The translations under genes were made by a program, and so were the position numbers. Below, in pieces: positions 54,059 through 62,211 of a stretch of 64,000 bases of DNA (within the stretch, counting starts at the first letter, position 1; the number at the start of each line of letters is the position of its first letter). The notes below the pieces were generated by a model that did not search any database, was not told the DNA's origin, and worked only from the letters and a program-made list of their open reading frames with translations. The stretch is from a bacterium (GTDB lineage: Bacteria; Zhuqueibacterota; Zhuqueibacteria; Oceanimicrobiales; Oceanimicrobiaceae): contig JBHHXN010000009.1 in the NCBI GenBank assembly GCA_046757025.1, forward strand, positions 1 to 64,000, read 5' to 3'.

Positions 54059-54132
54059 TATATTAATGTAGGCAAGTTTATTCAGGATGAATAAAAAATA
54101 TCCATTTTTGCTCAATTAGGGATTATTGTATT

Positions 54133-55287
54133 ATGTCCGATTCAGAATGTCTAACTTTCGATCAGCTCTATGGGTTGATTCGAAATCAATACCCAAAACA
54201 AAAAACGCACAAATATAGTGAACACATAAAAAAATGTTCCCGGTGCGCGGATGAGTTGACGTTTGTGCAAAAAGTCTGCAGATCTTTTGGAAGCGAGCAA
54301 GATGACCGTTTCTCTGATCCCCGAATTGTTTATCGGGAGACGCATCCCGGCGGTGAAACCATCGCAGCGTATTTTCAGGGCAGCCTGTCAAAAAATGATA
54401 GCGCCCGCATCGACCGGCATTTGGCCGAATGTCCATCCTGTGAGAGCGAATTCAACTCAATTTCCGCGGCAGCGCATTTCGAAATCTCTAAAGATGAACA
54501 ACACCTGATTCAGGAAATTGAAGGCGTCCAGATCGAAGATCGGTTGTCCTTTTACAAAAGGGCTTTCATCGTTTCTCCTGCTCCCGGAAAATCCAGTAGC
54601 ATAAAATCGGAACGTCGTGTTGGTGGATGGCTCAACTTTTGGCGAGCCGTCCCTGATTTTGTTTGGATTCTTTTCCTGATTTTGCTGGCGCCGCCCCTGC
54701 TGTTTTACGGCTATCAAAAAGTCATGAAGTATCAGGCCGTAAATCAGGCCATGGAGCGTTTTGCCGCCTTCTCGGATAAAATTCTGGTCAAAGATTTTGA
54801 GCTGCGCCCCACTGGCGATTTCAAGTATGATTTAATCGGCAGCAGAAGAATAGACGAAGAGCGTCCGCAGGACATCGCCACCCGGCAAACGCTTGAACAG
54901 ACGCTGACTCTGGACCCGCAAAACGCCCGCATTCATCATTTATTGGGAACGCTTTACTTTTTTTCTGGTGAAATTGACCGGGCCGAAGAGTTTTATTTGA
55001 AGGCGCTCGAGTTCGCTGGTAGCAACGCAAAGATTTTTAATGATCTCGCTTTGATCGACGTTTATCGAAACGCATATCAAAAAGCACTGGAGCGCCTGGA
55101 GCAGGCCATCAACCTTGACCCGGCTTTGATGGAGGCTTATTATAACCGCGCGGTGGTTTTTGAATTGCAGGGAGACAAGTCACAGGCTCTCGCAGCCTGG
55201 CGTACTTATATTGAAAAGGAACCGGACGCCAATTCCACGTGGGTGAAGGTTGCGAATGTGCACATCCAAGAGCTCACTGAAAATTAA
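54133..55287 (+). CDS. Putative anti-sigma factor: two zf-HC2 motifs, TM helix, TPR domain
   Basis: HIKKCSRC and HLAECPSC (HxxxCxxC), hydrophobic FVWILFLILLAPPLLFYG, C-terminal TPRs. Confidence 0.8.
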   Translation: MSDSECLTFDQLYGLIRNQYPKQKTHKYSEHIKKCSRCADELTFVQKVCRSFGSEQDDRFSDPRIVYRETHPGGETIAAYFQGSLSKNDSARIDRHLAECPSCESEFNSISAAAHFEISKDEQHLIQEIEGVQIEDRLSFYKRAFIVSPAPGKSSSIKSERRVGGWLNFWRAVPDFVWILFLILLAPPLLFYGYQKVMKYQAVNQAMERFAAFSDKILVKDFELRPTGDFKYDLIGSRRIDEERPQDIATRQTLEQTLTLDPQNARIHHLLGTLYFFSGEIDRAEEFYLKALEFAGSNAKIFNDLALIDVYRNAYQKALERLEQAINLDPALMEAYYNRAVVFELQGDKSQALAAWRTYIEKEPDANSTWVKVANVHIQELTEN

Positions 55288-55347
55288 TCCCCGTCGCGCT
55301 TCGATCACTGCAAATTTTTCCTAATCATTTCCTGAAGTTCGCAAGCA

Positions 55348-55398
55348 CAAAAAAAAGAATCCCTTCGAAGAGTCGTTCGTTCGAAGGGATTCTCTTTA
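55348..55398. terminator. Bidirectional terminator
   Basis: aaagaatcccttcgaa...ttcgaagggattctcttt between convergent genes. Confidence 0.8.
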
Positions 55399-55422
55399 TT
55401 ATCGAATGGCCGAAAGAGGCAT

Positions 55423-56970
55423 TTAGATTTTTTCCGAAACCGATTTTGCCTGCAAAAATAACAGCAGATAATCCCGGCCGCCGGCTTTAGAATCGGTACC
55501 GGACATGTTGAACCCGCCAAAAGGTTGCCCGCCCACCAGGGCGCCGGTGCATTTGCGGTTGCAATACAAATTGCCCACGTGAAATAGTTTTCGGGCCTTT
55601 TCCAATTTTTCGCGATTCTGGCTGTAAACCGCGCCAGTCAGGCCAAATTCTGTGTCATTGGCGATTTCCAGTGCGTGGTCAAAATCTCGGGATTTGATGA
55701 CGGCCAGTACGGGTGCAAACACTTCTTCCTGCGCCAGTCTCGCTTTTGAAGCCAAATCGGCGATAATGGTAGGCTGGACGTAATATCCAGAATCAGGTCC
55801 CGTTTCACCCCCCAAAACCAGGCGGCCTTCTTGTTTGCCGATTTCAATATATTTCATGGTTTTTTCCTGGGCAGCTTTGTTGATGACGGCGCCCATATAA
55901 TTTTGTGGATCCTGCACCGGCCCGACGGTGATTTTTTGTGTGCGCGCAATGAGTTTGTCCAGAAATGGCTCGTAAAGCGCTTGGTCCACGATGGCACGCG
56001 AACACGCAGAGCACTTTTGTCCTTGAAAGCCAAATGCGGAAACGGCCACCCCTTCCACTGCGGCCTCGAGGTCCGCTTCCCGGTCGACGATGATGGCGTC
56101 TTTTCCCCCCATTTCGGCAACCACGCGTTTCAACCAGATCTGGCCTGTTTGCGGTTTGGCCGCCAGTTCATTTATTCTCAGACCGACCTCTTTGGAGCCG
56201 GTAAAGGTCACAAATCGGATCCGTGGGTGTGAGACAATGTGGTCGCCGATGACGCCCCCGCTACCCGGAAGATAATTCAACACGCCTTCCGGCAACCCCA
56301 CTTCCTGCATGATTTCGGCAAACTTATGACCGATGGTGGGAGAATCGCTGGCAGGTTTCAGGAGAATACAATTACCCGTCACGATGGCTGCAGAAGCCAT
56401 GCCCGTTAAAATAGCAAGTGGGAAATTCCACGGCGGAATCACCGCACCCACGCCCAGGGGTATGTAAAACAGCTCGTTTTTTTCACCGGGGATGGGTGTT
56501 ACCGGCTGCTTCTGGGCATATCGCAGCATTTCCCTTCCATAAAATTCTAAAAAATCAATGGCTTCGGTGGTATCCGCGTCCGCTTCCACCCAGTTTTTGC
56601 TGGTTTCATAAACCATCCATGCGTTTAATTCCATCTGTCGTTTTTTCATAATTTCGGCTGCACGAAACAAATAGTCTGCACGCTCTGCCGGGTCAACAAA
56701 ACGCCAGCTCTGAAAGGCCTCTTCGGCTAATGCAATGGCGCTTTCCACTTCGGCAATACCGGCTTTGTGAAAGGCGCCCACCACCTGTTCTTTTTCACAC
56801 GGATTGTAAGAGCGCAACAAATCATTCGTTTCAATTGATCGGCCGCCGATATTCAGCGGGTACGTTTTTTCAAACTGGCTTTGAACGGTGTGCAACGCGG
56901 CTTTCATCTTATTTTGATTTTCTTCAACACTGAAATCTGTTAATGGATGATTTCGAAATTCAGAAATCAT
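55423..56970 (-). CDS. pruA: L-glutamate gamma-semialdehyde (P5C) dehydrogenase, RocA/PruA type
   Basis: PPWNFP, FTGSKEVG, AEMGGK, GFQGQKCSACSR, QPFGGFNMSGTDSKAGG.DYL. Confidence 0.93.
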   Translation of the reverse strand: MISEFRNHPLTDFSVEENQNKMKAALHTVQSQFEKTYPLNIGGRSIETNDLLRSYNPCEKEQVVGAFHKAGIAEVESAIALAEEAFQSWRFVDPAERADYLFRAAEIMKKRQMELNAWMVYETSKNWVEADADTTEAIDFLEFYGREMLRYAQKQPVTPIPGEKNELFYIPLGVGAVIPPWNFPLAILTGMASAAIVTGNCILLKPASDSPTIGHKFAEIMQEVGLPEGVLNYLPGSGGVIGDHIVSHPRIRFVTFTGSKEVGLRINELAAKPQTGQIWLKRVVAEMGGKDAIIVDREADLEAAVEGVAVSAFGFQGQKCSACSRAIVDQALYEPFLDKLIARTQKITVGPVQDPQNYMGAVINKAAQEKTMKYIEIGKQEGRLVLGGETGPDSGYYVQPTIIADLASKARLAQEEVFAPVLAVIKSRDFDHALEIANDTEFGLTGAVYSQNREKLEKARKLFHVGNLYCNRKCTGALVGGQPFGGFNMSGTDSKAGGRDYLLLFLQAKSVSEKI

Positions 56971-57158
56971 TTGAATTCTCCTAATAAAATATTAAATGTA
57001 TTTAAGGTTCGATTTTTTCGAAGATACCAAAAATTGCCACCAGTTTCAACAGGATTGTTTAATTATTTCAACTTTATTATTTTTGCTTGCTTCTATAGTA
57101 AAAAATATTAGTTTAGCACTCAATTGTCGCTTCAATTCATCTTAAAATTGGAGGCTCT

Positions 57159-57794
57159 ATGCTTAACTATATCTGGTTGGGATTGATGATGATCGCCATC
57201 GTTGTGGGCGCGGTGAATGGCAAACTTGCGGAGGTGACTAAAGCCGCCTTTGACATGGCGGAAACGTCGGTGAGCATTGCATTGGGACTGATTGGCATCA
57301 TGGCGTTGTGGCTGGGCATCATGAAAATCGCCGAGGAAAGCGGACTGGTGAAAGTGCTGGCAAAATTAATTAAGCCCATCAGCAAGCGGCTGTTTCCCGA
57401 GTTGCCTTCGGATCATCCCGCTATCGCTTCCATGCTGCTCAACCTCAGCGCCAACTGGCTGGGGCTATCGAATGCCGCCACCCCTCTGGGATTGAAAGCC
57501 ATGGAAGAGCTGCAAAAACTAAACGAACAAAAGGACACGGCTTCCAATTCCATGGTGACCTTTTTGGCATTGAATACCGCCGCCATTACTCTCATTCCGG
57601 CCACCATTATTGGGGTGCGCATTTCGCTGGGCTCCCAAAATCCCCAGGAGATTATCGGTACCACCATTTTCGCAGGTGTGTGTGCTACCACCGTGGCCGT
57701 GATTACCGCTAAAATATTGGAAAAAGTGCCAATTTTTGCCATTAAAGCAAAAGAAAATTTCAAAGCCACCGCTGAGAAGCCGGAAGAAGAATAG
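57159..57794 (+). CDS. spmA: SpmA family (nucleoside recognition Gate) membrane protein
   Basis: MLNYIW, LWLGIMKIAE and NAATPLGLKAMEELQ. Confidence 0.9.
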   Translation: MLNYIWLGLMMIAIVVGAVNGKLAEVTKAAFDMAETSVSIALGLIGIMALWLGIMKIAEESGLVKVLAKLIKPISKRLFPELPSDHPAIASMLLNLSANWLGLSNAATPLGLKAMEELQKLNEQKDTASNSMVTFLALNTAAITLIPATIIGVRISLGSQNPQEIIGTTIFAGVCATTVAVITAKILEKVPIFAIKAKENFKATAEKPEEE

Positions 57795-57802
57795 GAGGAA
57801 AT

Positions 57803-58345
57803 ATGAGCGAGTTTTTTAGTCAGGTTATCAAAACTGTTTCCGATTTCGCCATTCCCCTGGTTTTGTTCTTGATCATCGGTTACGGTGTTATTAAAAAAGT
57901 AAAAATCTACGAAGCGTTTGTGGATGGTGCGAAAGGCGGATTTGAAGTGGCCATAAAAATTATTCCCTACCTGGTGGCCATTTTGGTCGCCATCGGTATG
58001 TTCCGCGCTTCGGGGGCCATGGATTTCTTCATCAAAATTATCTCCCCCGCAACCAATTTAATTGGTATGCCGGCGGAAGCCCTGTCCGTGGCGTTCATGC
58101 GTCCGCTTTCTGGTAGCGGCTCTCTGGGACTGGTTACGGAAATCATGAAAACACACGGACCGGAGTCCTTCTTGGGAAGGTTGGTTTCCACCATGTACGG
58201 CAGTACCGAAACCACTTTTTACGTACTGGCCGTCTATTTTGGTTCGGTGGGAATCAAAAAAACCCGTCACGCTGTGCCTACCGGACTGCTGGCTGACGCG
58301 GCCGGCATGATCGGCGCACTGATCATTTGTAAACTGGTTTTCTAG
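57803..58345 (+). CDS. spmB: SpmB family membrane protein
   Basis: YEAFVDGAK.G, RPLSGSGS and GSTETTFYVLAVYFG. Confidence 0.92.
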   Translation: MSEFFSQVIKTVSDFAIPLVLFLIIGYGVIKKVKIYEAFVDGAKGGFEVAIKIIPYLVAILVAIGMFRASGAMDFFIKIISPATNLIGMPAEALSVAFMRPLSGSGSLGLVTEIMKTHGPESFLGRLVSTMYGSTETTFYVLAVYFGSVGIKKTRHAVPTGLLADAAGMIGALIICKLVF

Positions 58346-59559
58346 TCCTCTTCCAGTAAGCGATTGACGATTTCGATCAGCGCTGGAATTTCCCACGGTT
58401 TGGGTAGATAGTAATCCAACGCAAACCCCTGCACGGGTTGGAGCTCTTGTGAGTGTTTGGTGTAGCCGCTCGTCAGAATGATTTTTTGATCGGGATTGAT
58501 TTGTTTAATGCGGCGATACACTTCGTCGCCGGCCAGACCGGGCAGAATCAGGTCCAGCAAAACGATCTGGATCTGGCGGAAGTGGCGTTCGTAAACTTCG
58601 ATGGCCTGATCGCCGTTTTCGGCTAACAACACCCGAAATCCTTTTCTTTGTAAAATTTCTTTGGCAATTCCTCGTAAATCTTCTTCATCGTCTACCACCA
58701 GAATCATTTGTCCTTCTGTAGAAGCGTCTTTTTGTTTATTGAGAGGGGGTTTTTCTTGAAGAGGATTCGAATTTAAAGGCAGATAGATGCTCACGGTGGT
58801 ACCTTGTCCAATAGCTGAATTCACTTTGATCACTCCTTGTAATTCGTCGATGATTTCTTTGGCGACGGTCAATCCAAATCCATTGGCCGAACCGGTTGGT
58901 TTGGTGCTGAAGAAGGGCTCAAAAATGTGAGGCAGAAATTCGTCTTGAATGCCTGAGCCTGTATCGGTAATTTGAATTAAAATAGCATTCTGGGGTGTTT
59001 CGAAAACATGGGTCAGTTCAACATTGCAAATACAATCGGTGCTGATTTTGAGTGTACCGCCCCGGGGCATGGCTTCTTTCGCGTTCATGCAAATATTAAG
59101 CAGTACGTGGCAAAGGGATGGAAAATCCGCAAGAATGTTGGTGGCGCCGTGATTAAATTCTGTGGAAAGTTGAATGTTTGACGGAAAAAAGCAACCTAAT
59201 ATTGCTACCGTTTCTTCTACCAATTTACGCGGATCGATGGGGATGAGCTGGTAGGAACATTTGTTGTTCGAATAAAGACTCAATCGAGAAATCAATTTCG
59301 AAGCTCTGCGGGCGGCAGTTTCAATGACGACGGCTTGTTGAACCAAATCCGATTCTTCCGGCAAACTGCTTTTTAACAGTTGGGCATATCCCAGCACGCC
59401 CCCAAGAATGTTGTTCAAAGTATGCGAGATGCCGCCTAACATGTTGCCCAGATTCGCCATGCGCTGGGAATGTAGAAATTTATTTTGGTTTGCTGGCTTT
59501 GATATTAGTTCCTTCTGAATCTGTTCCAGCAAAGCGGGGACAGGTCGGTTTTTTTTCAT
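58342..59559 (-). CDS. Hybrid histidine kinase (HisKA-HATPase-REC) with no input domain
   Basis: ISHTLNN H-box, NICMNAKEAM, DTGSGI, IFEPFFSTK, receiver ILVVDDE...LLD...KP. Confidence 0.9.
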   Translation of the reverse strand: MKKNRPVPALLEQIQKELISKPANQNKFLHSQRMANLGNMLGGISHTLNNILGGVLGYAQLLKSSLPEESDLVQQAVVIETAARRASKLISRLSLYSNNKCSYQLIPIDPRKLVEETVAILGCFFPSNIQLSTEFNHGATNILADFPSLCHVLLNICMNAKEAMPRGGTLKISTDCICNVELTHVFETPQNAILIQITDTGSGIQDEFLPHIFEPFFSTKPTGSANGFGLTVAKEIIDELQGVIKVNSAIGQGTTVSIYLPLNSNPLQEKPPLNKQKDASTEGQMILVVDDEEDLRGIAKEILQRKGFRVLLAENGDQAIEVYERHFRQIQIVLLDLILPGLAGDEVYRRIKQINPDQKIILTSGYTKHSQELQPVQGFALDYYLPKPWEIPALIEIVNRLLEED

Positions 59560-59905
59560 TTTTACAACGAAATCCAAAAAAGGGTACCCTGCTAATTTCT
59601 AATAAATAATTGAAAAAGCAAGTTTATATTACATTCTTACTTTTATTTAAAATTTTTGGCTATCTCGATGGCCGGTGATTGCAAATAATTAAATTGTTTC
59701 ACAGAAATAAATTTTTTGAAGTCAAAAAAGTGTTTGAAAGGACTTCTGTAACATGAAATTACCGAGAGGTGTTCCGGCATTATCGCGTGGGTAAAAAGTC
59801 CGATGAAACCTCTGTCAAGCGTCCTTTTTGTACGATTCTAAATTAAGGTTGCGATCTCATTATTTGTGCTTGACGAAGTAATGTCCTAACTTGATTAAAA
59901 TCAGG

Positions 59906-59938
59906 AGAGCGCTTCGTCGTCAGATTCCTCGCGATGAC
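59906..59938. repeat. REP-like half palindrome
   Basis: agagcgcttcgtcgtcagattcctcgcgatgac, similar to the 9800 and 38179 segments. Confidence 0.35.
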
Positions 59939-59977
59939 GGCAAATGTCTTTGATCTGCATGGCGGAAAAATGTAAAA

Positions 59978-60580
59978 TCATCCATGCTTCTTGCTATCTA
60001 AAAATCGCACCAGCCCTGCGAGAAAGTGGTGGGTGATTCTGGCCGTGAGGCCCCAAAGATTGATTTCGTTGGCGGTGTTTGGCGGTTGGTATTTAAAATT
60101 CAAATACATCAACTCCTGCGCGTTATCAAAGTCCAGGTCGGGTCGAAATTGATTCAATAAAATGTCCAAGGGTATTTCAATCACCTCGGCTACTTCCCTT
60201 TTGTTAATTTGATATTTGAATGGCTGTGCGCTCCAAACTACGTGTGCGGCTGCATCGTATCTGGAAATGAGCGTTTCGAAAAACCCCATTTCACCCAAAT
60301 AAGTGAATTGCGATTCGACGATGCCGATTTCTTCCCGGGTTTCACGCACGGCGGCAGCCCGACTGCTGACATCTTGCTGGTCGATTTTGCCGCCCGGGAA
60401 GGCCATTTGACCGCTGTGCAACGTCATCTCCTGTGCGCGGCGAATGTAAATTAGATGTGTTCGGTCGGATTTATTCAAAATGATCACCAGTACTGCCGAA
60501 GGCACAAACCCTTTGAAAATTTCTTTGCGGCGGGGGATATATTTTAGAATTTGTTGGATATCTTCAGGAGTCAGAATCAT
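59978..60580 (-). CDS. Nudix hydrolase, CoA pyrophosphatase type (NudL-like)
   Basis: SAVL, HSGQMAFPGG, AAVRETREEIG Nudix box and LWGLTA. Confidence 0.9.
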   Translation of the reverse strand: MILTPEDIQQILKYIPRRKEIFKGFVPSAVLVIILNKSDRTHLIYIRRAQEMTLHSGQMAFPGGKIDQQDVSSRAAAVRETREEIGIVESQFTYLGEMGFFETLISRYDAAAHVVWSAQPFKYQINKREVAEVIEIPLDILLNQFRPDLDFDNAQELMYLNFKYQPPNTANEINLWGLTARITHHFLAGLVRFLDSKKHG

Positions 60581-60799
60581 AAAATTTGGTTCACTTTTAT
60601 CGAAGAATAAAGTTTAAACGAAAAATGACAACGGTCTTTATAATCGCTCAGCTCCTCAAATGCCCCCACTCATAGACTTCTGGAATTAACTGCGTTGCCT
60701 GTAAAATCACTAGATAAGAATTTTATGTTTAATATGTGGCATTAATTTAATGTAACATCCTTTAAGGCTCTTGCATTTCTTTAAATATTAAATAAATGT

Positions 60800-61066
60800 G
60801 GTTCTTCTCCCAAGTCTGGTAAAGTGTACTACATGTAGTATGCTAAGGAACTATGGTAATTAGGTCTTGATTCTTCCTCCTTCTTCTGTGTTGGCGAACA
60901 GCATGCGAAGTGAGGAACAAAATCAAGGCCGAGCGTTTCTGAGCGAGCCGAAGGGTAGCCTTTATTTTGTCCGCAACGGAGCATATCTTATAGCAACACA
61001 AGAGAAGGAGTTTCATTATGTCAAACACTATATATTGGGGTTCCCGCCAGTCTTGGGAGAAGAACC
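60800..61066. mobile_element. MITE / internally deleted IS remnant
   Basis: 20-bp TIRs ggttcttctcccaagtctgg (60800-60819) and ccagtcttgggagaagaacc (61047-61066), one mismatch; near-perfect 9-bp flanking direct repeat aataaatgt / aataaattt. Confidence 0.75.
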
Positions 61067-61115
61067 AATAAATTTAATGTAATTTGAAACTAAAAACAAT
61101 TTTAAGGAGACGAAA

Positions 61116-61953
61116 ATGGATTTTTTCTTTAAGGACAAATGTCTGGTCATTTTAATGTGTTTGTATCTGGCCATCTATCCGGCCTGCAGCGACAGTGTCG
61201 GGCCTAACGATTCTAGCCAACAGGCGCCGGAAATTCCACCGCAAGGAACCATGCTCATCGATTTATCTTTTTTTTAATTCTTCAAACAGCGAGCAACTCA
61301 AGTCCAACGATTACCTGATAAACACCAAAACGAACTTTTTAACGGCGGTGGCAGTGGTTTCCTTTTTTAACTTGGCGGTGTTGGCCGGCATTTCGGCGCC
61401 AGCCGCGGCAACGGCCGCCGCGTTAAGCACGGACCCAACCTTTGAAAGCGATGGTAAATTTCACTGGAATTTTACTTATTCCGAAGGGATCTTCAACTTT
61501 TCACTGGAATTAACTGCGAAAGTCAATGCAACCGCCGTTGCATGGGAGATGTTTGTGAGCGGTCAATTCCAGACACAACTGGATCACGTGCTCTGGTACG
61601 ATGGCGAAAGCCAGCTCGACCGCAGCTCCGGGTTCTGGCAATTTTACAATCTCAGTAAGCCCACTACCAATCATGAAACCGTCAAAATCGATTGGAACTA
61701 CGCGGCAGATGATGATCGCACTTTGACTTTTACCGATAACAATTCTGAAAGCCTGGGCATGGGAAATTGTTTGCGTTACCAGGTCGCTGGCGATGACGTC
61801 AGCATGGTGTTTTTCGATGTTATGTCTTCAGACTCTACCCAGGTGGTGGTCAACTCTGCCACCGGCGCCGGCTATATCATCAAACCGAATTACAACAACG
61901 GTGAAAAGGCGTGCTGGGACGAGACTCAGGAAGATATTCCGTGCGCAAATTGA
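61116..61953 (+). pseudogene. Lipoprotein gene interrupted by a one-base frameshift in a T8 tract
   Basis: aaggag RBS, ATG 61116, lipobox AIYPAC, stop TAA 61275-61277; removing one T from 61268-61275 fuses it with the 61195..61953 ORF. Confidence 0.78.
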
Positions 61954-62042
61954 GCCATGTGATTGACTTAATTTCGCCGGAGCCGGAGGAAAGATTTTAA
62001 TCAGCTACAAAATCGTAGCAATTTAAATCGCAAAAAAAATTT

Positions 62043-62075
62043 AAAACGGGAAGATTCTGCCTTCCCGTTTTTTTT
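62043..62075 (+). terminator. Rho-independent terminator
   Basis: aaaacgggaag...cttcccgtttttttt. Confidence 0.8.
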
Positions 62076-62211
62076 GTTCGTCCTGTTTTCAAAAATAAAT
62101 TTAGTTCCGCCAAAGCGTTATCGAAATGCGAACGTTTCTTTCGCCGACCATGTAATCTTTCGGCTAAAATCATCTTGCTTAAATAAATAATTATTTTAGA
62201 TTAAAATATTC

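Noticed and set aside
50056..55287. Genomic island integrated at tRNA-Asp
   Set aside because: No integrase and no duplicated tRNA 3' end seen; the tRNA 3' side leads into housekeeping genes
61195..61275. GTG start of the 252-aa ORF as the true gene start
   Set aside because: The real RBS, ATG and lipoprotein signal lie at 61116 in another frame; explained by the T8 frameshift
61960..62211. Moco riboswitch or ModE box upstream of modA
   Set aside because: Only a terminator and AT-rich promoter-like DNA; no consensus recognised
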